From: Candidatus Latescibacterota bacterium
GTDB taxonomy: Bacteria; Latescibacterota; UBA2968; UBA8231
NCBI GenBank assembly: GCA_965223905.1
Contig: CBDCXV010000010.1
Span: forward strand, 544,001 to 608,000
DNA length: 64,000 nucleotides
Direction of reading: 5' to 3'
A program made the position numbers and the translations under genes. The notes beneath the pieces were generated by a model that ran no database searches, was not told where the DNA came from, and worked only from the letters and a program-made list of their open reading frames with translations. Positions 50,570 through 59,801 of the stretch are shown here, piece by piece; position 1 is the first letter of the stretch, and each line of letters opens with the position of its first letter.

Positions 50570-51412
50570 ATGGATATGGCCATCTTGTCCGACGACCAGC
50601 ACGGCTCCTTCGAGCGGGACGGGTACCTCCATGTCCCGGGGGTGCTGAACGAGAGCGAGAGCGCGCGCTGTACCGAAACGTGCGACCGCCTGATGGCCGA
50701 CTTCCGGGCGGGGCGGTTTCGCCAGAAGCCGGACGCCGACAGCGCCTACCTGCAGCTGCGGGACAGCGTCGTCCAGGAGCCCGGGCTGCGCCGGCTGCTC
50801 GCCCACACCCCCGCGGTGCCGTTCATCGTCCAGCTCCTCAGCCCCAACATCCACCTGCACACCGCGGCCGTCATCTACAAGGATCCCGAAGGCGAGGACC
50901 GCGGGCTGCGCACCTGGCACCGGGATATCGGACTGACCCCGGATCTCGGCCACGACGGACAGGTGCGCGCCGGCGTCAAGGTCTGCTACTGCCTCACCGA
51001 TTTCCCCGGGCCGCGCTGCGGCATCACCATGTTCGCACGCGGCAGCCACCGGCTCCGCGAGCCGCTCGGCATTCCGGAGGGGGAGGTCGATCCGCCGGCC
51101 ATGGTCGAGCTCACCCCGAGGGCGGGGGACGCGGTCCTGTTCGAGAACCGCACCTTCCACAGCGTCGCCCCCAACACCAGCGACTGCGTCTCCAAGGTCG
51201 TCATCTACGGGTACGCCTACCGCTGGATGCGCGTCGACCAGGCCCTTCGGCTGCCGGACGCCGAGCTCGCCGCGGCTGCCGGCGAGGTGGAGAAGCAGCT
51301 GTTGGGGGGCGTCCCCGGCGAGGCCCTGCCGGAAACGGTGAAGGAGTGGGCGCGGGAGAACGGCCTGCCGGTCGAGGAGGTGCCGATGACGGTCGAGGCG
51401 CCGGCCCGGTGA
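50570..51412 (+). CDS. PhyH-family dioxygenase
   Basis: FERDGYL, WHRD, RGSH, AGDAVLFENRTFH. Confidence 0.9.
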   Translation: MDMAILSDDQHGSFERDGYLHVPGVLNESESARCTETCDRLMADFRAGRFRQKPDADSAYLQLRDSVVQEPGLRRLLAHTPAVPFIVQLLSPNIHLHTAAVIYKDPEGEDRGLRTWHRDIGLTPDLGHDGQVRAGVKVCYCLTDFPGPRCGITMFARGSHRLREPLGIPEGEVDPPAMVELTPRAGDAVLFENRTFHSVAPNTSDCVSKVVIYGYAYRWMRVDQALRLPDAELAAAAGEVEKQLLGGVPGEALPETVKEWARENGLPVEEVPMTVEAPAR

Positions 51413-51491
51413 GCGGGAAGCCGCGGACCGGAATGAGATCCCCTCGCATTGCCATCCAGCCGCGGAATTGCGATTCGCCGGACCAAGGGCA

Positions 51492-51505
51492 CTTTACTAG
51501 TAAAG
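51492..51505 (+). promoter_or_regulatory. Perfect 14-bp palindrome upstream of the AbrB antitoxin (candidate operator)
   Basis: CTTTACTAGTAAAG, about 50 bp before the ATG at 51556. Confidence 0.5.
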
Positions 51506-51555
51506 AGGGCAAAGTGGTTGTTACTCTCCCTACCTCTACAAGGGCCATTTCACCT

Positions 51556-51777
51556 ATGGATCCGGTCAGAATCAGCACGATTTCATCCAAGGGACAGACC
51601 ACGGTTCCCGCGGCCATTCGCCGTTCCCTGGATCTGCATCCGGGAGACGCCATCGCCTATGAAGTGGACGGCGACAAGGTCAGCATCCACAAGGCTTCGA
51701 AAATCGACCTGGAGTGGGCCAGGGCCCTTGAACGGACCCTGCCGGAGTGGCAGGACGGAGAAGACGATGACCTGTAG
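51556..51777 (+). CDS. AbrB/MazE/SpoVT antitoxin
   Basis: STISSKGQTTVPAAIRRSLDLHPGD...EW. Confidence 0.88.
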   Translation: MDPVRISTISSKGQTTVPAAIRRSLDLHPGDAIAYEVDGDKVSIHKASKIDLEWARALERTLPEWQDGEDDDL

Positions 51778-52121
51778 CCCCTTCGACGTCGTCGTGCCTT
51801 TCCCGCAGCAACCTGCCCCGCTCCAAACGCCGCAAGGCACTGGTCCTGTCCGACCGGACGTTCAACCGAAAAAACGCCTCTACCCTGCTCATGATGATCA
51901 CCAGCGCCTACCGCAGCGCCTGGCATCTCGACGTGTCCATCGAGCAGTGGAGGGAGGCCGGCTTGCGAAAAGCCTGCCTCGCCCGCTTGAAGCTGTTCAC
52001 GCTGGACAACGGACTTATCCACGGCACATTAGGGCGCCTGGGGGAGAAGGATCAACGCAGGGTAACCGAGGCGTTGCGGGCTGCAATGCCCTCCGCCTTG
52101 CATCCGATTGAGGGTACCTGA
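51767..52121 (+). pseudogene. mazF: PemK/MazF toxin, frameshift near 51806
   Basis: PFDVVVPFP then frame change to SNLPRSKRRKALVLS...MITS...EAGL...KLFTL...GRL. Confidence 0.85.
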
Positions 52122-53041
52122 TAAGCGGGAATCAATTCCCGAATCCAAGGAATCCAAAAACATGCAGACGATTAAGAGCTTCTTCGACGAACTGGCACCC
52201 CGTTTGGACACGGCGAGAGTCCTGGACCAGGAACTCGACCGGAATCTGGCCCGCAGATTCAACGTGCTCGACTACTTGAAGACGGATGAACTGGGGCTTT
52301 CCCGGATCATCGCTGATCTGTTAAACCCTGAAGCAACCCATGGTCAGGGAGTGCTGTTTCTCCAGATGTTCGTGGCGAATTTGAAGGGGTTGGATGAGAC
52401 TACAGACTGGCCCGACCTCGAAAGAAGCCGAATTACAGTGGTACCCGAGCAGTGGAAAATTGACCTCATCGTGGAAATTAATGACCCCGATGGAAAGTAC
52501 TGCCTGGCCATCGAGAACAAGCCCTACGCCCGCGATCAGGAGAACCAGGTCAAGCGCTACCTGGAACTCCTTGAGGGAGAATACGGTAACCGATTCTTAT
52601 TGATTTATCTCCCACCTACAGGTGAAAGGCCGTCAAGTATTCACAAAGATGAGCTGAAGAAGAAGTGGAAAGGCCGCTTTGCTATCATGCCGTACCACAA
52701 AGTTCATGAGGAAGTAGCAGACGAACTTAATGAATTCCGTCTTTCTCATTCGCTCGCCGACTGGCTCGGGGAGTGCCGCAAAAACTGCGATGTAGAACGA
52801 TTGCGTTGGTTTCTTCGCGACGCCGAAACATTCTGCCAACGAACATTTGGAGGCCAAGCCATGACTACGGATATCGAAACTGACGCGATCCGAGACTTCG
52901 TGATGTCAGATCCGGACAGACTGAGAACCGCTGTAAGGATTTACGGGTCCTGGCCTGTCATCAGGGATAAAGTGTGCAGAAACTTCCTTGAACGATTACG
53001 GTCCAGAATCGAGGAGAAGGCGAGGGAGAATTCTACTCTGA

Positions 53042-54439
53042 ACTGGACTTTTGCAAACTCCACTTTTACTAAAGTTTGAGATGTGCGACAATTCTCTGCT
53101 CTGTCCACCCTATTGTGGCTTGGTCCACTACCCAGGAGATAGTCATACTGAGCGTTTCTCGCGACACCGCTCGACAGGCTTCGCCGATGGTCGTCAGCAC
53201 GCTATGAGCCCAGTCACGCGCACGGCCCTGCCGCATCCGTGCCATGAGCAGACTGTGCGTCAGCATCACGAGGTACATATGCCGGGTTTGGCCCTCGCCG
53301 CTGCGTAACTGACAGTCTCCCATGCCCAGATGGTGCTTGCCGTCCCGATGAAAGGTCTCGGTGCCCGTCCAGCGTTTGCGATACACGTTCAGTATACGAC
53401 TGACCTCCCAATGCACGCGGTTGGTGAGCAGAAACTTGACCGCTTCCCTGCCGTTCTTGCGATCCCACAGGATCACCAGACGAACGCGGTGACCGAGCTT
53501 GGGCAGGCGCACGGTCCGGGTGAAATACCATTGCTTGCGGTCGCCGATGCCGACGCGTTTGCGGTCTTCGGATGGAATGGTCGCGGCCACTTCGGCGGCC
53601 TTCATCTGACGGCCCTGAAACTCGACCTTGCGGTTGCTCTTCAGGGCGCTTACGTAGCCGCGCTCATGAGTATGGATGTGATCGAGACTCTCGACACTGC
53701 TGAAGTAGCAGTCAAAGGCGAAATCGCCCGGGATCTGTCGGAAAACAACCCAGTCCACCAGCTCTTTGAACAGCTCGGTATGGCTCTTGAAGGACGTGTC
53801 CGTGTCGTCCTCCTGGCGCTTGCGAAAGCGCCGGAATTCCAACGGATAGTATTTCCCCGACGTGCACACGTAGTTGGCGATGACGTAGTCGTGCGCAATC
53901 ATATGGCGCTTGTCGGAGTGATCCCAGAACCACCCCACGTCCTCGATCTTGTCTCCGCTGTGGCCGACCAGGGTGTTGTCGATGGCGATCACCCCGCGCG
54001 CCGAATAGCGCGCCGAATAGCGCGTCGAGGGGGAGTCCTGCAACCAGTCCAAGCGATGTTCGTTGAGCAGCTTTTCATCCCAGGACACCTGCGTAATCCA
54101 GCGATTCAGGCAGGATTGATCCGTGGTGTCGGCAAACTCGGCGTTGATCGCCGATACGTTTTTGCGCTCCGTCACCACAAGCCCGGTCAGGTATTCGCCG
54201 AAATGCCGGCGCTCCGGGGCATTGGCAAACAGCCCGCCAAACTCCTCCAGCGCCTCCTCGACCACGGTGGGAAAAGCAATAATGCCTGGCATCGACGACC
54301 TCTCTCATCGCATCGCCAGGGGAGACCAAGGCGGGGGATGCCTTCGTTCTACCAAAAATACCAAAAAAACCGGCCAGCTTGGGGATGCCTGAATTCTTGA
54401 CCGGTCATCCTGGAATTGGGCTTTTTGCAAAAGTCCAGT
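53042..54439 (-). mobile_element. IS701-like insertion sequence, 1398 bp, 16-bp perfect TIRs, 4-bp TSD (CTGA)
   Basis: ctga|ACTGGACTTTTGCAAA...TTTGCAAAAGTCCAGT|ctga. Confidence 0.92.
53069..54292 (-). CDS. tnp: IS701-family DDE transposase
   Basis: RKNVS, IAIDNT, FDCYF, YRKRWTGTETFHRDGKHHLG; in-frame RYSA duplication. Confidence 0.88.
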   Translation of the reverse strand: MPGIIAFPTVVEEALEEFGGLFANAPERRHFGEYLTGLVVTERKNVSAINAEFADTTDQSCLNRWITQVSWDEKLLNEHRLDWLQDSPSTRYSARYSARGVIAIDNTLVGHSGDKIEDVGWFWDHSDKRHMIAHDYVIANYVCTSGKYYPLEFRRFRKRQEDDTDTSFKSHTELFKELVDWVVFRQIPGDFAFDCYFSSVESLDHIHTHERGYVSALKSNRKVEFQGRQMKAAEVAATIPSEDRKRVGIGDRKQWYFTRTVRLPKLGHRVRLVILWDRKNGREAVKFLLTNRVHWEVSRILNVYRKRWTGTETFHRDGKHHLGMGDCQLRSGEGQTRHMYLVMLTHSLLMARMRQGRARDWAHSVLTTIGEACRAVSRETLSMTISWVVDQATIGWTEQRIVAHLKL

Positions 54440-55185
54440 CTGAAGGTTTTTGTCGGCGACATGAAGGTAAAAGGCGAATATAACGGTGAGTACAATTATG
54501 CAAATTGGGTCAGCCTGTATCGAGATTGTTGGGCTCGTTACAAAGGAGGAGATGACTGGCCCACCAATATTTGCCTTCAAAATCAAAAGAAAGGCCCGAA
54601 TGACTGGATCCTTGGCGTAGCTAGTCCAAAGCCAAAGGCGGCGTCTTGATGAAAGGCTTACGGACAAGCTCCGCTCTGGCAAATCTACTGATTGGTGGCT
54701 ATGGTCGGTTCGGGTGGAAGAGGAAAAAAGAAATTGGGATCCACTTGTCCCGGAATTGCATAAAGAATGCCAGGAAAAAGATTTCGACGGGGAAATCACC
54801 AAGTATTTTGTAGACTGGTTCATTGAAATTGCGGAAAAGGCGATACCGATTATCGACGAGATCGAATCCAGGTAGGCAGCAGCAAGACCTGATCCCTGCA
54901 TAGCGCCTGACTGTGGGCGGCCTTTGTTCCGACGCAGGCAGGCGCCGCTAACCTTCATAGCGAGCCATCCGTCAGAAGATCCGCATTGGTATTAGCTCCA
55001 CCTCAGTCAGCACCGCCGGCGTGCCTTCCGATCGACGCACGAATTTCCCCGGGCCGAACCAGGTCCACCACCCTGCTTTAACCAGGCACTCAGAATCTCC
55101 TTCTTTCCACGGGCATGGGCTGAGGCAGTGGCCCACTCCGGTACCAAGTCCCAGGGCACCGCTCCTGCATTATGTGTCTCAAACA

Positions 55186-56808
55186 TCATGCTTGAGAGAC
55201 ATAGTAACGCACCAGGAGCTCGAGCTTCTCGACCCGCACCGGCTCCGCGGCCTCCTCCCCTCCCACGAGGCGGACGCCGACCAGGTTCTCCCCGACCGCT
55301 GCCGCCAGCGGATCGACCGGGAAGACCAGCCAGCCAGCCACTGCCTCGCAACGGGCGAGCAGGCAGTTGTTCAGGCACACCTCGACCCTTTCTGCTATGC
55401 CGGTCGCGGGCGGTTCGTTCATCAGGCCGCCGGCATGCCCGATGGTCGCGACCTCTACGGCCGGGAGGCGTTCGCTCTCGGGGAGCGCCGCGGCGTTGGG
55501 ATCGGAGAGCAGCAGGCGCAGCGACAGGACAGCCTTCCCTTCCGTGGCAACGTCGTCCCCGACGCGCAAGGGCAGCAAGGTGTCGGTTTTGCCGCTGTTG
55601 TCGAGGTCGGCCGGCAGCGGCGCCAGCATGTTGGTGTTGGCATAGCAGTAGCGAGGGGTGGACCAGTCCTCGGGGTTGGGGATCACCGAGGGGCCGTGGC
55701 CGCCGCCGCGGCGCTGGACGACGAACAGCTTGTCCCTGCCCCGGATGGTATCCGGGCTGCCCAGTTCCCTGTACGCCTGCAGGTGGCTCCGCCAGTCCTG
55801 GCCGGCGTAGGGCGCATCGGCGCCGAAGTTGAAGTTGAAGGTGTGCAGGCCGTCGGCGCCGTCCCGCCGCCAGGTGGAGGCGAGCCCGCGAAACAGCTCG
55901 ATGCCGGGGTTCTGGTACCCGTCCGAGGCGTGGTGGTCGTCGATGCTCGGGTAGAGCCGGATCTGCGTGCCCCTGCAGATCCTTCGGAAGTCGACGAGGT
56001 CGACCTCGAGCGAGCGCACCCCGGGAACCAGCAGGTCGACCAGCTCCTCCCGCGCCCAGGTCTCGACGTCGAGGCCGTCGAAACGGCAGCCGGCGAGGTT
56101 TTCCGGGACCCGCGCCGCCAGCAGCATCGGCCGCCCGCGCCCCTTGCCGATCCGCAGCAGCATTTCCCGCATTTCGCGCACGAAACCGGTCATGCAGTCG
56201 CGCCGCAGCCATGCGGTCCCCGCGGGGAAACAGACCCCTGAGCGCGCGTAGTCGAGCTCGATGCCGTCGAACGGCCAGCGCTCGGCGACCTCCCGCAGGT
56301 TCTCCAGGACGTGCTCCCTCACTTCGGGGTGGGAAAAGTCCCAGTAGCGGTTGTGCTCGTGGGTGCACCAGGGGGTGCGGAACGTCCACTCCGGGTGCGC
56401 TGCCTTGGCGGGGATGACGGCGAACGGCCCGAGGTCGTTGTCGGAGCCGTTCATGCGGTGCGAGAAGAAGGCCTCGAGGCCGCGGCGGCGCGTCTCTTGG
56501 AGGACGAGCCCGACGATGTCGGTTCCTTCCTCCGCCCAGCCGCGGTACAACAGGTGGTCGTAGAGCGGCAGCCGACCGCTGGGATACGGGGCCTGGTTCC
56601 CCTCTCCCCAGTTCCACCAGATGCTGTCGATCTGCGAGCCCTCGGCGTCGGCGAACTCGAACAGGTGATCGACCAGCCCCGGCAGGTCGACGGCGCCGTC
56701 GCTTTTTCGGTGGTACACGTTGATCGCGAAGGTGACGTCGAAGTTGACGACGATGCGCCGGCGGCGGGCGGCGGCACGGCGGTGCTCTTCCGTCGGCGTC
56801 AGCGGCAT
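55186..56808 (-). CDS. GH10-like (DUF187-type) TIM-barrel protein
   Basis: SHRMN, WDFSHPEVRE, FDGIELDY, GLDVETW, GLHTFNF; paralogous architecture to 21590-23221. Confidence 0.75.
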   Translation of the reverse strand: MPLTPTEEHRRAAARRRRIVVNFDVTFAINVYHRKSDGAVDLPGLVDHLFEFADAEGSQIDSIWWNWGEGNQAPYPSGRLPLYDHLLYRGWAEEGTDIVGLVLQETRRRGLEAFFSHRMNGSDNDLGPFAVIPAKAAHPEWTFRTPWCTHEHNRYWDFSHPEVREHVLENLREVAERWPFDGIELDYARSGVCFPAGTAWLRRDCMTGFVREMREMLLRIGKGRGRPMLLAARVPENLAGCRFDGLDVETWAREELVDLLVPGVRSLEVDLVDFRRICRGTQIRLYPSIDDHHASDGYQNPGIELFRGLASTWRRDGADGLHTFNFNFGADAPYAGQDWRSHLQAYRELGSPDTIRGRDKLFVVQRRGGGHGPSVIPNPEDWSTPRYCYANTNMLAPLPADLDNSGKTDTLLPLRVGDDVATEGKAVLSLRLLLSDPNAAALPESERLPAVEVATIGHAGGLMNEPPATGIAERVEVCLNNCLLARCEAVAGWLVFPVDPLAAAVGENLVGVRLVGGEEAAEPVRVEKLELLVRYYVSQA

Positions 56809-56941
56809 CGGCTCATTCCATGAGGTCCGCCTGGATCGGTTTGACCCGTCGGGGCATTTGCCGCCGCGGCTGACAGAACGCGCGGCCGCTGCGACCGGGG
56901 TTCGGGGACCAGGGCAAGAGGCCGCTCCCGAAATGGAGTCC

Positions 56942-58036
56942 TCAAGCCGCTCCGAGCCGGCGGGCGACCGCCTCGATCTCGTCGTCGCCGTAGAGGACCT
57001 GGAAGGCGCTGTCGGTCGGGTGGCCGTCCCTCATCAGCGGCTCCGACGGCCGCGGCAGCTCCCAGTTCTCGATCTCCTCCAGCCGGGCCATTTCCCCCCC
57101 CTTCTCGAGGACGGAGTAGAAGGGCAGCAGGAACATGCGCAGCTTCTCCATCGTCGCCTCCCCGGTTTCCGGCGATTTACCGGTCTCGAACATCTCCTGG
57201 AGGACGAGCTGCGCCGAGTTCCAGGTGTTGTACTGGAAATGCTGGGCGCTCGCCGGGACGCGGCCCTCGGCGTCGCCGAACTCCGCCGGGCCCAAGACGC
57301 GCATGTACCCGGCCCCGTCCGCTCCCGAGACCTGGTGCAGGGCCCCGTGGAAGGGGCCTTCCGGGCCCTCGTGCTCGAAGACGATCACGCCTCCCGGGGT
57401 GCGCCAGTCCTGCGTGTGATACGCCGCCGCGGCCAGCCTCACCCGGCCCTTTGCGATCTCCTCCCTGAGGGCGGCGTGGATGTACCAGACCCCGTGCAGG
57501 CCGTGGGAGTAGTAGTCGCTGGCGGAATTGTGGGCGACGTACCCCTTGATCGTTCCCATGTTGGCCAGCTTGAGCCGCAGGTCGCCGATGCTCTCCGATG
57601 CCTCCCAGGACGACATCGTGTACAGGGCGGCGCCGTGCTTTTCGGCGCAGGCGATCATCTCGCGGCCCTTGGCCAGGGAGGTGGCGAAGGGGCGGTTGAC
57701 GAAGGTCGGTATCCCGGCTTCGAGAAACGGCCGCGCCAGCACCGGGTAGAGGGAGATGGCGGTGATGTCGTCGACGATGACCCCGTCGACCTGCCCGATC
57801 ATGTCGCGCGGATCCTCGACGGCGACGGTCTCCCGGAACTTGCCGGCCACCTGCGCGGCGAACTGCGGGCGCACGCTCCAGACGTGGGTCAGGATCATCC
57901 CGGTGGTACGGATGAAATCCGCGGTGGGGTTCATCTTCTCGCCCCAGATGTTGAGGGTGTGGCCGCCGTTTCCGGTGATGACGCCGACCCTGACGAGGTC
58001 GCGGTCGCTGGTGCGGGTGAATCTGCGTTCGGTCAC
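56942..58036 (-). CDS. Gfo/Idh/MocA-like oxidoreductase
   Basis: GGAGG RBS; VDGV...ARPFLEAGIPTFVNRPFA (NRP in place of EKP/DKP); HGLHGV. Confidence 0.75.
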   Translation of the reverse strand: MTERRFTRTSDRDLVRVGVITGNGGHTLNIWGEKMNPTADFIRTTGMILTHVWSVRPQFAAQVAGKFRETVAVEDPRDMIGQVDGVIVDDITAISLYPVLARPFLEAGIPTFVNRPFATSLAKGREMIACAEKHGAALYTMSSWEASESIGDLRLKLANMGTIKGYVAHNSASDYYSHGLHGVWYIHAALREEIAKGRVRLAAAAYHTQDWRTPGGVIVFEHEGPEGPFHGALHQVSGADGAGYMRVLGPAEFGDAEGRVPASAQHFQYNTWNSAQLVLQEMFETGKSPETGEATMEKLRMFLLPFYSVLEKGGEMARLEEIENWELPRPSEPLMRDGHPTDSAFQVLYGDDEIEAVARRLGAA

Positions 58037-58091
58037 GTGATTTCCTCCCGGCTTCATGTTATGGGGTGGGCAGCAGCCGGTTCGGTTCCGG

Positions 58092-59795
58092 CTATCGCGG
58101 CCGCGCCGACGTGCTGCCTGAAAATGCCCTCATCCCGTACCAGTTCAAACCGCCGTCCCCGATTTCGACCGGGGGCTCCGGCCCGACGACACCTTGCCGG
58201 CGCGTCAGGAACAGGAAGCTCTCGTACCCTGCCTGCCTCAGCTTCTTCCGCAGCGGGTCCATGGCGTGGGGAAACTCGACGTAGAAGACCGGTTTGTCGG
58301 AGAAGACGCGGTAGAGCTCGTGCCCGCCCCAGCGCTCGCTCGTCAGTACCACCTGCTCGGGGCTCGCGGCGACGAAGTCGTTGAGCCGGTGGGAGAACTC
58401 CTTCTTGCGGCGCAGCAGCTCGACCGAGAACAGCTGCGCCCCGACGCTGACGGCGACCACCGCGGCGAGGCTCCAGGACCTCCAGGATCGCCAGCCGCGG
58501 CCTTCCAGCCGCCGCCACTGCTCGAGGTTGACCGCGGCCAAAAGCGACCAGACCGGGTAGAGGATGAGCAGGAAGCGGTTGCCCCAGTGCAGGCCGGAGG
58601 AGCCGAGGGCGGGGGCGGCGACAGCGTAAAGCCCGGCGTAGGCGGTCACCAGCCGCGCCAGCCAGAGGCGCACACGTCCGTCCCCGCAGCGCGGGAAGGC
58701 GAGGATCGCCAGGGGCGCTGCCGCGAACAGGCTGTTCGAAGAGGCCAGGAGGCAGGACAGGAGGCTGTCGGAGAGGAGGTAGCCGCCGTAGGAGACCAGG
58801 GCGCTTACCGCCGCCGCGGCGCCGTACAGGGGCAGGGCGGTGCGGAAGCCGGAGTCGCCGAAGCGCGGTCGGCGCAGCCAGGCGTAGAGGAACGGCGCCG
58901 AGAGAAAAATCGAGATGATCGGCGCCGGGGTCGCCGCGACCAGCAGGTTGTAGAACACCTTCGGCCTGTCGAGGAGGTGCCCCAGGATTCCCTCCGAAGA
59001 GAACAGGTGGGTCGACAGGTGTTGTCCCAGCGGGCTGCCCATGACCTGCCACTGCCAGATCCAGAGCGGCGACAGGCAGACCGCCATGGTGCACCCGCAC
59101 CGGAGCGCGGTCTGCAGCCACCTCGATCTCCGGGACGCCACCGCGCCCAGGGCCAGCAGCGCGCACAGGAGGTAGAGATCCTCCCTGAGATAGACCGCGA
59201 GGCTGACGAGAACGGCGCCGCGGACGAGATCCCGGGTCGCGCCCGCATCGACGAAGCGTGCGAAGAACAGCATTGCCCACAGGCAGAGACAGGCCGCGGC
59301 GCAGTGTTCCCAGAAAGCGACGCCGTAAAACCAGACCGGGGTGGCGAGGCCTGCGATCAGCACCGCGGCCTGCCGGGCCCTGGCGCCTCCGCCGGCGAGA
59401 GCGCAGAGCTCCCCTACCGCCCTCAGCATCAGCAGCGCCGAGACGAACGGCAGCAGGTAGAGCCCCCAGTAACCCAGGAGCGCGTACGGAGCCGCCGACA
59501 CCATGGCGAAGACGGGAGAGAACACCGAGTACAGCTCGCCTTCGCGCACCGCCGAGAAGTAATTCGGCAGGGGGTTGTAGACGAACTCCGGGTCGATGCT
59601 TTTGCCGGGCCACGGAATGGCGAAGCTCGCAAAGCCACTCTGCAACAGGGCCCGCACCTGCAGGAACTTGGCGGCGTTGTCCGTGGTCCACAGGCCGTCC
59701 CGCTCGAAGCAGAGCAGGGTCAGCAGGTACACCAGGCCGACCGCGGCCAGCGGTGCCGCGGTTCCCCGTCCCTTTCGTGTCAGGTACTCGGCCAT
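58092..59795 (-). CDS. Polytopic membrane protein, putative GT-C-fold glycosyltransferase
   Basis: Multiple TM helices; TTDNAAK, TPVWFY...FWEH, LRED, WGNRFLL. Confidence 0.6.
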   Translation of the reverse strand: MAEYLTRKGRGTAAPLAAVGLVYLLTLLCFERDGLWTTDNAAKFLQVRALLQSGFASFAIPWPGKSIDPEFVYNPLPNYFSAVREGELYSVFSPVFAMVSAAPYALLGYWGLYLLPFVSALLMLRAVGELCALAGGGARARQAAVLIAGLATPVWFYGVAFWEHCAAACLCLWAMLFFARFVDAGATRDLVRGAVLVSLAVYLREDLYLLCALLALGAVASRRSRWLQTALRCGCTMAVCLSPLWIWQWQVMGSPLGQHLSTHLFSSEGILGHLLDRPKVFYNLLVAATPAPIISIFLSAPFLYAWLRRPRFGDSGFRTALPLYGAAAAVSALVSYGGYLLSDSLLSCLLASSNSLFAAAPLAILAFPRCGDGRVRLWLARLVTAYAGLYAVAAPALGSSGLHWGNRFLLILYPVWSLLAAVNLEQWRRLEGRGWRSWRSWSLAAVVAVSVGAQLFSVELLRRKKEFSHRLNDFVAASPEQVVLTSERWGGHELYRVFSDKPVFYVEFPHAMDPLRKKLRQAGYESFLFLTRRQGVVGPEPPVEIGDGGLNWYGMRAFSGSTSARPR

Positions 59796-59801
59796 CGGCG
59801 G

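Larger units (their letters stand above)
52162..54875 (+). pseudogene. PD-(D/E)XK nuclease family protein interrupted by the IS701-type element, with a further break near 54640
   Basis: FNVL...DELGLSRIIADLLNP...HGQG...IDL...AIENK...QVKRY; removing the IS and one CTGA restores ENSTL-KVFVGD in frame. Confidence 0.85.
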
